From Desulfarculus sp. (lineage in GTDB: Bacteria; Desulfobacterota; Desulfarculia; Desulfarculales; Desulfarculaceae), in NCBI GenBank assembly GCA_016208115.1, contig JACQYR010000168.1:1440-65439 (forward strand): a stretch of DNA of 64,000 bases. Direction: 5' to 3'. A program made the translations under genes and the position numbers. The notes beneath the pieces were generated by a model, which was not told the DNA's origin, made no database searches, and saw only the letters and a program-made list of their open reading frames with translations. The stretch's first letter is position 1; each line of letters begins with the position of its first letter. This document shows positions 54,939-64,000 of this stretch, piece after piece.

Positions 54939-55023
54939 AGGATTGAGAATATTTTCGTTCCCCTATGTCTCCTGTGTCCTACCGGGAGGCAGGGGACTTT
55001 TGGTCCCTTGGTATTTGGTCAGG

Positions 55024-55287
55024 TTAGACCCGAGGCGGCCAATTCCACTGGCTAGGCCCCTCGCCGTAGGCAATGCCCTTGGCGAAGAAAATCCCGCCAG
55101 TGTTGCTCATCACGAACAAATCCACGGTAAATTCGTTTTCGGTGTCGTTCGGATTTTGCAAGCAAACACGCTGAACGATTGCCGGGGATTTCATCGGCGG
55201 ATATTTTCCGTCCGCGCTGCCGGGGTGGTTATAGATCACAACCCTCCCGATGCTTGGTTTTTGGATGTCTTCCATAATAGTTGACAA
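55024..55287 (-). CDS. Small conserved phage-type hypothetical protein
   Basis: KPSIGRVVIY...PAIV..V...VDLFV...WNWPPRV pattern. Confidence 0.65.
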   Translation of the reverse strand: MSTIMEDIQKPSIGRVVIYNHPGSADGKYPPMKSPAIVQRVCLQNPNDTENEFTVDLFVMSNTGGIFFAKGIAYGEGPSQWNWPPRV

Positions 55288-55358
55288 TTAATAATTATAT
55301 TATTATGATAGCTCATTGTCGGTTATTGCCAATGTGGATAACTGAGGCGGGGGGTACA

Positions 55359-55949
55359 ATGCCATATAATTGGGATAATTTAGGAGATGTTGTATCGAGG
55401 AGCTATGTCTGTGGATATTGCGGGGAAAAAATATCTTCAAACCGTGGGTATTATGGAAAAACCGAAATAGCTGCCCGAAGTGTAGGCGCCAATCGTTTTT
55501 TCGCTGCAATTTATGTATGCCATAGCTGTAGTAAACCAACTTTTTTCCAAGAAAATGGCTACCAGGTACCTGGGCCAGTATTTGGATCAGCGGTAAAACA
55601 TATTCCGTCAAAAGAGGTAGAAAACTTATATAATGAAGCCAGAAACTGCGTGAGCGTTAATGCCTACACTGCGGCTTCCTTGTGTTTACGTAAGTTGCTA
55701 ATGAACTTGGCTATATCGGAAGGAGCACAGGAAGGGATTTCTTTTGTTCAGTATATTGATTTCCTGGAACAAGAAGGCCATATTACTCCCAAAAATAGAG
55801 TATGGGTTGACCATATTCGCAAAATGGGCAACATTGCTACCCACGAAATTAAAGTCGTTACCCGGGAGGAAGCTGAACAGCTTATTCGGTTTTGCGAAAT
55901 GCTGCTTAAGTCAAGCTTTGAATATCCGGCGTCCCTTCCCACGCCCTAA
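55359..55949 (+). CDS. DUF4145 (HEPN-like) protein with N-terminal zinc ribbon
   Basis: CGYCG...CHSC, YNEARNC, ASLCLRKLL, IRKMGNIATH; AT-rich. Confidence 0.8.
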   Translation: MPYNWDNLGDVVSRSYVCGYCGEKISSNRGYYGKTEIAARSVGANRFFAAIYVCHSCSKPTFFQENGYQVPGPVFGSAVKHIPSKEVENLYNEARNCVSVNAYTAASLCLRKLLMNLAISEGAQEGISFVQYIDFLEQEGHITPKNRVWVDHIRKMGNIATHEIKVVTREEAEQLIRFCEMLLKSSFEYPASLPTP

Positions 55950-56091
55950 TCCGGCTACTCCCTGGCTACTTAAAACCGTCAAAAATGGGGTTTTGGGTTC
56001 CCAAATATTCCCAAGTTGTCTGATGACTTTTGGTGGTAAAAACTATAAGATATAGTAGTTTAGGCGGGTTGCAAAAACGGCCTGTAAATGT

Positions 56092-56153
56092 CTCAAAATC
56101 CCCCACTCCTTGCGGGTATGAGAGTTCGAGTCTCTCCTCCGGCACCAATAAAA
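56092..56153 (+). repeat. att core copy 3 (outermost attR)
   Basis: 62 bp identical to 16489-16550; host-like genes resume afterwards. Confidence 0.9.
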
Positions 56154-56170
56154 GTAAATAGTTAGCAAGC

Positions 56171-56200
56171 GAGCCCGGCCAAGCGGCCGGGCTTGTGTTG
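56171..56200 (+). terminator. Hairpin after att copy 3, possibly the original tRNA terminator
   Basis: GAGCCCGGCC-AAGC-GGCCGGGCTT followed by a weak T-rich tail. Confidence 0.5.
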
Positions 56201-56466
56201 TTCTACAGGAACCATACAGTATGCGGGATGAGCTTGGACTTATGACCTGTCTGCCGGAAAGACTCCAAAGTATATGGTCAGGGGAGAGGCCGTATTAAAC
56301 CCGCCAAGGCCACGGTGCCCAAACGCGCATGTATCGTCCAGGCCGCGCCGGACGGCTGGGCGCGGCTTGACTGGCCAGGGGGCAGGGGCTACTATGGCCC
56401 AGGAGAGCCGTGGCGTTTTCGACAGTTAAATTGTTGAGAAACGCCACGAGTTCCGGGGAGGAAGCC

Positions 56467-56931
56467 TTGCGCACCCAACGCACCGCCGACCTGTGGGCCG
56501 GTCTATTCCTGGCCGGGGTGGGGGTGGTGGTCTTGATCGCGGCCCTGCAGATCAAGACCGCCGTGGGCGAGCGCCTGCCCCCGGCCACCCTGCCCCTGAC
56601 CCTGGGTGCCTTCCTGACCCTAAGCGGGCTGTTGTTGTCCCTGCGATCCTGGCGCTCGCGGGAGGACGGGGCCGTCATTGAATGGCCGCTGGCCGGCCGG
56701 GCCTGGCGCCTGGCCTGGTCCTTCCTGGGGCTTACGGCCTATCTGGTCCTGGTGGAGCCCCTGGGCATGGCGGCGGCCAGCGGGGTTTTCACCTGGGGCC
56801 TGGTCTGGTACCTGGACCGCCGCTGGCTGCGCGCCCTGGTCATCGCGGCCGTAACCGGGCTGGTGGTGCACTTTGTGTTCGTGGTGCTCCTGGGTCTGAC
56901 CCTGCCCCAGGGCTTCTGGGTGGCGGAGTAA
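56467..56931 (+). CDS. tctB: Tripartite tricarboxylate transporter small membrane subunit
   Basis: Multiple TM helices, PATLP, YLVLVEPLG, F..LLGLTLPQG; TTG start after GGAGG. Confidence 0.8.
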   Translation: MRTQRTADLWAGLFLAGVGVVVLIAALQIKTAVGERLPPATLPLTLGAFLTLSGLLLSLRSWRSREDGAVIEWPLAGRAWRLAWSFLGLTAYLVLVEPLGMAAASGVFTWGLVWYLDRRWLRALVIAAVTGLVVHFVFVVLLGLTLPQGFWVAE

Positions 56932-56938
56932 CCGAGCC

Positions 56939-58447
56939 ATGCTTTTTTCCTGGGAATACCTCTTCGCCGGGTTCGCGGCCTCGGTTTCGCCGGAAAACCT
57001 GCTCTGGGCCTTGGTGGGCTGCTTCATCGGCACCCTGGTGGGGGTCCTGCCCGGCATAGGGCCGTCCTCGGGCATCGCCATCCTGCTGCCCCTGACCACC
57101 ATGCTGCCGCCCACCCCGGCCATCATCATGCTGGCGGCCATCTACTACGGGGCCATGTACGGCGGTTCCACCACCGCCATCGTGGTCAACATCCCCGGCG
57201 AGGCCTCCTCGGTGCCCACGGCCATAGATGGCTACGAGATGGCCAAGCAGGGGAGGGCCGGGGCGGCCCTGGCCATCTCGGCCATATCATCCTTCGTGGC
57301 CGGCACCCTGGGCCTGGTGGGGCTGACCCTCTTCGCCCCCGCCCTGGCCGGCTTCGCCCTGGCCTTCGGCCCTCCCGAATACTTCGCCCTGATGTTCATG
57401 GGCCTGAGCCTGGTGGTCAGCCTCTCGGGCCGGGCCTTGCTCAAGGGGCTCATCGGGGCCTGTCTGGGCCTTTTGGTCTCCCTGGTGGGGCAGAACCCCC
57501 TGACCGGGGCCAGCCGGCTGACCTTCGGTTCCCTGGAGCTGATGTCGGGCATCAACTTCATCAGCCTCATCATCGGCCTGTTCGCCCTGGGCGAGGTCTT
57601 CCTCAACCTGGAGCAGCAGGTGCAGTTGCTGGTGGACAAGAAGAAGATCCAGTGGATGCCCACCTGGGCCGACCTCAGGCAGTGCTGGGGCGCCATCCTG
57701 CGCTCCACCGGGGTGGGCTTCTTCATGGGGCTTTTGCCCGGCTGCGCCCCGGCGGTGACCACCTTCGTGGCCTACGACCTGGAAAGGCGAATTTCCAAGA
57801 CCCCGGAGCGCTTCGGCAAGGGGGCCATCGAGGGGGTGGCCGCGCCCGAGGGCGCCAACAACGCCACCAGCAGCGCCGGCTTCGTGCCTTTGTTCGCCTT
57901 TGGCCTGCCCACCGGGCCGGCCCTGGCCGTGCTCCTGGGCGGGCTGATGATGTACGGGCTGCAACCGGGTCCCCTGCTCTTCAAGACCAACCCCGACCTG
58001 GTCTGGGCGGTCATCGCCAGCATGTACGTGGGCAACGTCATCTGCCTGGTGCTGAACCTGCCCCTGGTGGGCATGTGGGCCCGCATCGCCGTCATCCCCT
58101 TCTACATCCTCGGGCCGCTGATCATCATCTTCTCCGTGGTGGGGGCCTACTCCATCCGCTTCCTCATGTTCGACGTGTGGATGGCCCTGGTCTTCGGGGT
58201 GGTGGGGTATCTGATGCGCAAGCTCAAGTGGCCCATGGCCCCCATGGTCCTGGCCTCGGTGCTGGCCCAGATGTTGGAGACCTCCTTGCAGCAGTCGCTC
58301 TTGATCAGCCAGGGCTCGCTGGCCATTTTCTTCACCCGGCCCATCGCGGCGGCCTTCGTGGTCCTGGCCCTGGCCTCCATCGTGCGCGGCTTCTGGGTGC
58401 AGATCAAAGAGCGCCGGGGCGAGGCCCTGGCCGACGGCGACGACTAG
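56939..58447 (+). CDS. tctA: Tripartite tricarboxylate transporter permease
   Basis: GTLVGVLPGIG, IYYGAMYGGS, NIPGE, FGPPEYF, APEGANNA. Confidence 0.95.
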   Translation: MLFSWEYLFAGFAASVSPENLLWALVGCFIGTLVGVLPGIGPSSGIAILLPLTTMLPPTPAIIMLAAIYYGAMYGGSTTAIVVNIPGEASSVPTAIDGYEMAKQGRAGAALAISAISSFVAGTLGLVGLTLFAPALAGFALAFGPPEYFALMFMGLSLVVSLSGRALLKGLIGACLGLLVSLVGQNPLTGASRLTFGSLELMSGINFISLIIGLFALGEVFLNLEQQVQLLVDKKKIQWMPTWADLRQCWGAILRSTGVGFFMGLLPGCAPAVTTFVAYDLERRISKTPERFGKGAIEGVAAPEGANNATSSAGFVPLFAFGLPTGPALAVLLGGLMMYGLQPGPLLFKTNPDLVWAVIASMYVGNVICLVLNLPLVGMWARIAVIPFYILGPLIIIFSVVGAYSIRFLMFDVWMALVFGVVGYLMRKLKWPMAPMVLASVLAQMLETSLQQSLLISQGSLAIFFTRPIAAAFVVLALASIVRGFWVQIKERRGEALADGDD

Positions 58448-58581
58448 CCCCCCGGGCGCGGCCACCTGGTCCGCCGCCCTGGCAATCACCGCTTGACAAC
58501 GGCCGGCCAGGCTGGGCACGGTTTAATGACACGGCCGGGCGAACGAGCCTGGCCTCAACACCGCACGCATGGGGAGGGACC

Positions 58582-59544
58582 ATGAAAAGGAAAGCCTTGT
58601 GGCTGATGCTGGCCGGGATGATGTTGGGGCTAGGCCTTTCGCAGGCGCCGGCCTGGGCCCAGGAGAAGGTTTTTCCCAGCAAGCAAGTGACCTATCTGGT
58701 CTGCTTCGACCCCGGCGGCCAGTCCGACCGGGGGGCCAGGGTCTACCAGGCCCCCTTGAGCGCCGCCCTGGGGCAGAAGGTCATCATTGACTACAAGGTG
58801 GGCGGCGGCGGCGCCCTGGGCTGGCGCGAGCTGACCCGCACCAAGCCCGACGGCTACACCTTCGCCGGCTTCAACATCCCGCACATCATCCTGCAGCCCA
58901 TGCAGCAGGACGTGGGCTACCGCACCGAGCAGATCGTGCCGATCATGGTCTTCCAGCGCACGCCCTTGGCCCTGGCGGTGCTGGGCACCAGCCCCATCAA
59001 GACCCTGCCGGAGTTCATCGAGCACGCTAAGAAAAACCCCGGCACCGTGACCATCGGCGGCTCGGGGGCCTACTCCGGCTATCACATGGCCGTGCTCAGG
59101 TTCGAGAAGCTCACCGGCACCAAGATCACCTACGTGCCCTTCACCGGCTCGGCCCCCCAGATGACCGCCTTCCTGGGCGGCCACGTCAACGCCGTCTTCG
59201 GCGCCTCCGACGACCTCACCCGCTTCCGCGATCAGGTGCGGGTGCTGGGCTTCGCCATGGAAGAGCGCTTCCCCGGCTTCCCCGACGCCCCCACCCTCAA
59301 GGAGCAGGGCCTGGACATGATGGAGGCCGTGGACCGCGGAGTGGCCGTGCCCCCCAACACCCCGCTGCCCATCATCAAGAAACTGGAGGAGGCCCTCATT
59401 AAGGTGGCCAACCTGCCCGAGGTGCGCGAGGAGATGATCCGCCAGGGCTTCATCCCCATGGCCATGGGGCACGAGGAGACCAAGGCCCACATCGTCAAGA
59501 TGACGGCCATCTACAAGGAACTGACCGCCAATCTGGCCAAATAG
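58582..59544 (+). CDS. tctC: Tripartite tricarboxylate transporter substrate-binding protein (Bug family)
   Basis: Signal peptide, FPSK, PGGQSD, KPDGYT, YVPFTG, PDAPTLKEQG. Confidence 0.9.
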   Translation: MKRKALWLMLAGMMLGLGLSQAPAWAQEKVFPSKQVTYLVCFDPGGQSDRGARVYQAPLSAALGQKVIIDYKVGGGGALGWRELTRTKPDGYTFAGFNIPHIILQPMQQDVGYRTEQIVPIMVFQRTPLALAVLGTSPIKTLPEFIEHAKKNPGTVTIGGSGAYSGYHMAVLRFEKLTGTKITYVPFTGSAPQMTAFLGGHVNAVFGASDDLTRFRDQVRVLGFAMEERFPGFPDAPTLKEQGLDMMEAVDRGVAVPPNTPLPIIKKLEEALIKVANLPEVREEMIRQGFIPMAMGHEETKAHIVKMTAIYKELTANLAK

Positions 59545-59593
59545 GCCCTGCGGCGGCGAGTCTGGGCCGCCAGATTTCGGCAAAAGACAAAAG

Positions 59594-59618
59594 ACGGGCG
59601 GGGATAAACCCCGCCCGT
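59594..59618. terminator. Intrinsic terminator between convergent operons
   Basis: Perfect 10-bp stem ACGGGCGGGG/CCCCGCCCGT; T-tracts on the minus strand. Confidence 0.75.
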
Positions 59619-59678
59619 GTATTTCCGCTCGTACAATTCGATCAGATCAAAGAGGCGTTAAGGACGCCTAAGCCCGGC

Positions 59679-60884
59679 TTAGTAGTCTTCCCTCTCGATG
59701 ATCGTGGCCACGCCCTGGCCGCCGCCCACGCAGGCGTTGGCGCAGCCCCAGCGGGCGCCCTTGGCTTGCAGGATGCGGGCCAGGGTGCCCACCAGGCGGT
59801 TGCCGGTGGCGCCCAGGGGATGGCCGATGGCCAGGCCGCCGCCCATGACGTTGACCGTGTCGGGGTTGAGTCCCAACTCCTTGATGCAATTCAAGGCCAC
59901 GATGGCAAAGGCCTCGTTGATCTCCCAGAAATCCATGTCCGTGGGCTTCATGCCCAGCGTCTTGAGGGCCTTCAGGCTGGCGGGCACCGGGCCGTGGCCC
60001 ATGATGGTGGGGTCCACGCCCACGAAACCGATGGCCCGGATGGTGGCCAGGGGCTTGAGGCCCTTTTCCTTGGCCATCCGCTTGGACATCAGCATCAGGC
60101 CCGTGCCGGCGGCGTTCAGGGGCGAGGAGACGCCGGCGGTGACCTGGCCGTCCTTCTTGAAGGCGGGCTTGAGCTTGGCCAGGTCCTCCAGGGTGGTCTC
60201 GCCGCGCACGGCCTGGTCCTTGTTCACGGTCATGACGCTGCCGTCGGCCTGGGGGGCCTCGATGGGCAGTATCTCGTCCTTGAAGAAGCCCTCGGCCTGG
60301 GCCTTGGCCGCCAACTGGTGGGAGCGCACGGCCCAGGCGTCCATGTCTGCCTTGGTCAGGCCGCTCTTGACCAGGAGCTTCTCGGCGGTCAGCCCCATGT
60401 TCACGGAGGTCATCATGTCCCAGTGCTTGTATTTGGGGTCGAGGAACAGGGACAGGTTGTAGCCCGCCAGGCCGCGGTCCTTGGTGGTGCCCCCCATGGG
60501 CACGCGGGTCATGTGCTCCATGCCGCCGATCATGACCACGTCGGCGTTGCCCGTGGCGATCTCCATGTAGCCGATGTGGATGCCGGCCATGGCCGAGCCG
60601 CACTGCTGGTCCACGAACTTTGCGGCGATGGTCTCGGGCAGGTTGGCCAGGAAGAGGGGATTGCGGCCGCCGTAGGTCCACTGCTCGCCCACGCCGGTGG
60701 CGCAGCCCACGATGAAATCGTCAATCTCCTCGGGTTTGACGCCGCTGCGCTTGACCAGCTCGGGCAGCACCTTGGCCAAAAGCTCGTCGGCGCGCAGGGC
60801 GTGCAGCCAGTCGCGGCCAGGATCGTTGGGCCGGCAGCGGGACTGGGCGGTGCGCAGATAACCGGTGATGACTACTTCTTGCAT
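59679..60884 (-). CDS. Acetyl-CoA C-acyltransferase (thiolase)
   Basis: QCGSAM catalytic Cys, EINEAFA, GHPLGATG, CVGGGQG. Confidence 0.95.
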   Translation of the reverse strand: MQEVVITGYLRTAQSRCRPNDPGRDWLHALRADELLAKVLPELVKRSGVKPEEIDDFIVGCATGVGEQWTYGGRNPLFLANLPETIAAKFVDQQCGSAMAGIHIGYMEIATGNADVVMIGGMEHMTRVPMGGTTKDRGLAGYNLSLFLDPKYKHWDMMTSVNMGLTAEKLLVKSGLTKADMDAWAVRSHQLAAKAQAEGFFKDEILPIEAPQADGSVMTVNKDQAVRGETTLEDLAKLKPAFKKDGQVTAGVSSPLNAAGTGLMLMSKRMAKEKGLKPLATIRAIGFVGVDPTIMGHGPVPASLKALKTLGMKPTDMDFWEINEAFAIVALNCIKELGLNPDTVNVMGGGLAIGHPLGATGNRLVGTLARILQAKGARWGCANACVGGGQGVATIIEREDY

Positions 60885-60954
60885 GGCATTTCTCCCAAGC
60901 TTGGTTAGCTAAAAAATACTATGGCGAGGCGGCCGGCGGCCGCCTGGGCCTGTC

Positions 60955-61629
60955 CTATTCCGCCGCGGGCGGCTCCTGGGGCCGGGCCGGCCGCCAGCGG
61001 TCCCAGCGGGGCGGTTGCCCGCCGGGCGCACCTTCGTGCCTGGCCAGCCCGCCCATGACCAAATCCATGATGGGGTCCACCAGGTCCACTAGGTTGCGTT
61101 TGCGGTCGGAGTGCAGCCAGTTGATGGTCACGTGGTCCACGGCCCCCATGAGCACGGAGCGGATGACATAGGGGTTGCCGCCGGCGATGAACTCGCCGTC
61201 GGTGATGCCCTCCTCAATGGTGCGGGTGATCTCCTGGAAGCCCTCGCGCACCAGGCGGTAGCCCTCGGTCTTGCGGAAGTTTGGGTTGCCCTTGAGGATG
61301 AGCAGGTTGATGACCGCGTAGTCGGGGTGTTCCTGCCAGGTGTGCAGGTACAGGTAGATGATGGCCCGCAGGCGGTTGGCCGCGCCCCGGATGAGCTGGA
61401 GGTGAAAGCGGTTCTGGTCCCGGACCTTGCGGGTGAAGGCCTCGGGGATGCTGAACAAGAGCCCCTCCTTGGAGGAGAAGTACTCGTAGATGGTGCCCTC
61501 GGAGACCTTGGCCTCCTTGGCAATCTCGGCGATGGTGGACTCGTGGAAGCCCTTCTGCGCGAAGGTGCGCTCGGCGGCCGCCAGTATTTGCTCCTTGCTG
61601 GCCTCCATCTTGGTCGGGCCGTTCACCAT
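60955..61629 (-). CDS. TetR/AcrR (FadR-like) transcriptional regulator
   Basis: ILAAAERTFAQKGFHESTIAEIAKEAKVSEGTIYEYFSSKEGL. Confidence 0.92.
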   Translation of the reverse strand: MVNGPTKMEASKEQILAAAERTFAQKGFHESTIAEIAKEAKVSEGTIYEYFSSKEGLLFSIPEAFTRKVRDQNRFHLQLIRGAANRLRAIIYLYLHTWQEHPDYAVINLLILKGNPNFRKTEGYRLVREGFQEITRTIEEGITDGEFIAGGNPYVIRSVLMGAVDHVTINWLHSDRKRNLVDLVDPIMDLVMGGLARHEGAPGGQPPRWDRWRPARPQEPPAAE

Positions 61630-61752
61630 GGCTCTTCCCTCCGGTATCAGGCGGCTAGTCGGCGAACAGGTCCTGGACGCTGGGCCTAGGTAGCTTGCTC
61701 ACGAAGCCGGTGGGCATGCAAAGCCATGGACGGCTTTGCATGCCCACTAGTA

Positions 61753-63885
61753 TCAGTAGGGCTGGTAGAAGGTCTTGCCCTGTGCGGCCATGTCCTTGAT
61801 CAGCCCGGCGGGGGCGAAGCGCGGGCCGTACTTTTTCTCCAGTTCCTGCAGCTTGGCGTGGACGTTCTTGAGCCCCCACTTGTCGGCGTAACGCAGGATG
61901 CCTCCCCGGTAGGGCGGGAAGCCGGTGCCGGTTATCATGGCCAGGTCCATGTCCGCCGGCCGGTCGCAGATGCCCTGCTCCATCATCAGGGCCGCCTCGT
62001 TGATGCCGCAGGCCAACATCAGGTCCACGATCTCGCCCGGCGCGGCTGAGCGGGGGGCCACGCCGTGCTCCTTGAGGTAGGCCGCCACCACCTCGGCCAC
62101 CCTGGGGTTGGGCACCGGCTTGGGGCCGGAGTAGTCGAAGTAGCCGCGCCCGGTCTTGCGGCCGTAGTCGCCCAGGTTGTAGATGGCCTCGGTCAGGGGG
62201 TGGACCTTGTAGCGCTCGCCCAGGCGGCGGGCGAAGGTGTTGCCCACGTGATAGTTGATGTCAATGCCCGTGAGGTCGGCCAGGGTGGCCGGCCCCATGG
62301 GCAGGCCGAAGTCGGTCATGGCCTTCTCGATGGCCATGCCGTCCACGCCGTCGGCCAAGAGGAACGCCGAGCCGCCCATGAGCCCGCCCAACTGACGGCT
62401 GACGTAGAAGCCGGGGCCGTCGTTAACTACCACCGGCACCTTCTTGATGGCCCGGCCAAAGGCCACGCTGGTGGCCAGCGTCTGGTCGGATGTCTTTTCG
62501 GCGCAGATGATCTCCAACAGCGGCATGCGCTCGGCGGGGTTGAAGAAGTGCAGGCCGATCATGCGGCCGGGGTCGGCCAGCACCGACGCCATCTCCGTGA
62601 TGGGTAAAGCCGAGGTGTTGGTGCCGAAGATGACGTCGGGCCGGCAGATGCCTTCCAGGTTCTTCCAGATGTCCTGCTTGACCTGCATGTTCTCCAGGAC
62701 GGCCTCGATGATGAGGTCCACGTCCTTCAGGTCCGATAGCTTGGTGGTCATGGTCAGCTTGGTGGCGATGAGCTGCTCAAGCTGGCCGGGCTTCATCTTG
62801 CCGATCTTGATTTTGTAGGCGAAGGTCTTCTTGATGGCGGCCAGGGCTTTAGCGAGGGCCTCGTCGTTGATCTCCCACAGCACGGCGTCGAAGCCGCCGG
62901 CCAGCAAGAGGTGCACGATGCTGGAGCCCATGACGCCGCCGCCCAGCATGGCCACCTTCTTGGGTTGGGCCGGGGTGAGGCCCTTGATGCGCGGCAGGCG
63001 CCCGGCGGCGCGCTCGTTCAAGAAGGTGCTGATGAGGTTCTTGGCCACGTCGGAGACCACGCAGTCGCCGAAGAGGTCGGCCTCGCGGGTGATGTCGGCC
63101 GCGAAGTCCATGGACAGGCCCTTGTCCACCGCCTCCACGATCTTGAAGGGGGCGATGTAGCCCTTGGCCTTCTTGGCCATGCCGGCCTTGACGAAGTCCA
63201 TGAGGGCCTTCTTCTCGGCGGCGCTGGGCAGGCGGTCAAAACGGCGGCTGGCCAGGCGGGTCTTGTGGGTCAGCTCGCCCCCCAGGAACTTGGCCGCGGC
63301 CTTGAGCGCGGTGTCCAGGAGCTTGTCGGCCGGGGCCAGCTCGTCAATCAGCCCCAGGGACCAGCCCTTCTCGGCCTTCATGAAGTTGCCCGTGGTCATA
63401 TACTCCAGGGCGTCGGGCAGGCCGATGAGGCGGGGCAGCCTCTGGGTGCCGGCGCTGCCCGGGATGAGCCCCAGCTTGACCTCGGGCAGGCCCAGGTTGA
63501 TGCCTTGGGCGGCCACGCGGTAGTGGCAGGCCATGGCCATCTCCAGACCGCCGCCCAGGCAGTTGCCGTTCAAGGCCGCGATCACCGGCTTGGGCCCCTG
63601 CTCCATGGCGTTGAACAGGCTGTGCACCCACATCAGCCGCTCCACGAAGTCGGCCTTGTCGGTCACGGGCAGCATCTGGGTGACGTCGCCGCCGGCCACG
63701 AAGTTCTTGCCCGTGCCGGTCAGGACGATGGCCTTGACCTCGGCATCGGTCAGGGCCGCGCGCATGGCCAGGTCCAGCTCGCCCATGAAGTTCTGGGACA
63801 TCTGGTTGACCGGCGGGTTGTCCATGCGCAGCACCGCCACGCCGTCCTTGAGTTCGACTTTCACGGTCTGGTAGTCGGTTTTCAT
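61753..63885 (-). CDS. Multifunctional enoyl-CoA hydratase / 3-hydroxyacyl-CoA dehydrogenase (FadB/FadJ-like)
   Basis: FVAGGD, GGGLE, PEVKLGLIPG, GGGVMG, IEAVLE, TNTS, GLHFFNP. Confidence 0.93.
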   Translation of the reverse strand: MKTDYQTVKVELKDGVAVLRMDNPPVNQMSQNFMGELDLAMRAALTDAEVKAIVLTGTGKNFVAGGDVTQMLPVTDKADFVERLMWVHSLFNAMEQGPKPVIAALNGNCLGGGLEMAMACHYRVAAQGINLGLPEVKLGLIPGSAGTQRLPRLIGLPDALEYMTTGNFMKAEKGWSLGLIDELAPADKLLDTALKAAAKFLGGELTHKTRLASRRFDRLPSAAEKKALMDFVKAGMAKKAKGYIAPFKIVEAVDKGLSMDFAADITREADLFGDCVVSDVAKNLISTFLNERAAGRLPRIKGLTPAQPKKVAMLGGGVMGSSIVHLLLAGGFDAVLWEINDEALAKALAAIKKTFAYKIKIGKMKPGQLEQLIATKLTMTTKLSDLKDVDLIIEAVLENMQVKQDIWKNLEGICRPDVIFGTNTSALPITEMASVLADPGRMIGLHFFNPAERMPLLEIICAEKTSDQTLATSVAFGRAIKKVPVVVNDGPGFYVSRQLGGLMGGSAFLLADGVDGMAIEKAMTDFGLPMGPATLADLTGIDINYHVGNTFARRLGERYKVHPLTEAIYNLGDYGRKTGRGYFDYSGPKPVPNPRVAEVVAAYLKEHGVAPRSAAPGEIVDLMLACGINEAALMMEQGICDRPADMDLAMITGTGFPPYRGGILRYADKWGLKNVHAKLQELEKKYGPRFAPAGLIKDMAAQGKTFYQPY

Positions 63886-64000
63886 GTCTCTCTCGCTCTT
63901 AAGAAGGTTGCCTGTGGCCGGAGGGACCCATTAGCTTGTTTATTGGCTTGGCGTTACGTCATATGATGTGGTAATAACTGTACTTAAAAAGCATGGCGTC

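Larger units (their letters stand above)
16626..54940 (-). mobile_element. Mu-like transposable prophage, about 38 kb, siphovirus-type tail (ends approximate)
   Basis: Repressor, Ner-like, MuA DDE transposase, MuB AAA ATPase, GemA, gp27/28/29/30, protease I, gpT, gp35/36, gpG in Mu order; no tail sheath; related 22-bp sites in inverted orientation at both ends. Confidence 0.9.

Noticed and set aside
56092-56147. Third tRNA-Leu gene
   Set aside because: Begins at the anticodon loop; att duplication only.

Overview
GC-rich window that looks deltaproteobacterial (Desulfarculus/Desulfobacterota-like, inferred from gene content). 1-7.3 kb: an hdrA-flxDCBA electron-bifurcation cluster, in which hdrA and flxD/mvhD each contain an in-frame TGA at a conserved Cys position followed by a SECIS-like hairpin, so the host decodes selenocysteine; then pyrR. 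A tRNA-Leu(CAA) at 7506-7593 is an integration hotspot, with its 3' part repeated at 16485-16550 and 56092-56153. The first interval (about 9 kb) is a PICI/satellite-like element: tyrosine integrase, RelE/HigA-type TA pair, AlpA-like protein, Toprim-DUF3987 primase, tandem-HIRAN protein and four fixed-spacer bipartite repeats. The second interval is almost entirely an approximately 38 kb Mu-like transposable prophage with a non-contractile tail, plus about 1.3 kb of an integrase-less island remnant. 56.4-64 kb: tctBAC transporter, thiolase, TetR and FadB. Best candidate for a new system: an unannotated prophage gene (39831-40124, minus strand) reading MHQLNAHLITRPG-TGA-HAC. It is a UxxC thioredoxin/glutaredoxin-fold selenoprotein with SD and SECIS-like hairpin, placed first in the late/lysis operon and overlapping the endolysin start. 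Other notable points are an apparently crippled large terminase, a portal-MuF-nuclease fusion, a holin-lipoprotein fusion and extra domains inserted into three virion proteins. All family assignments come from motif recognition by eye; no searches were run.
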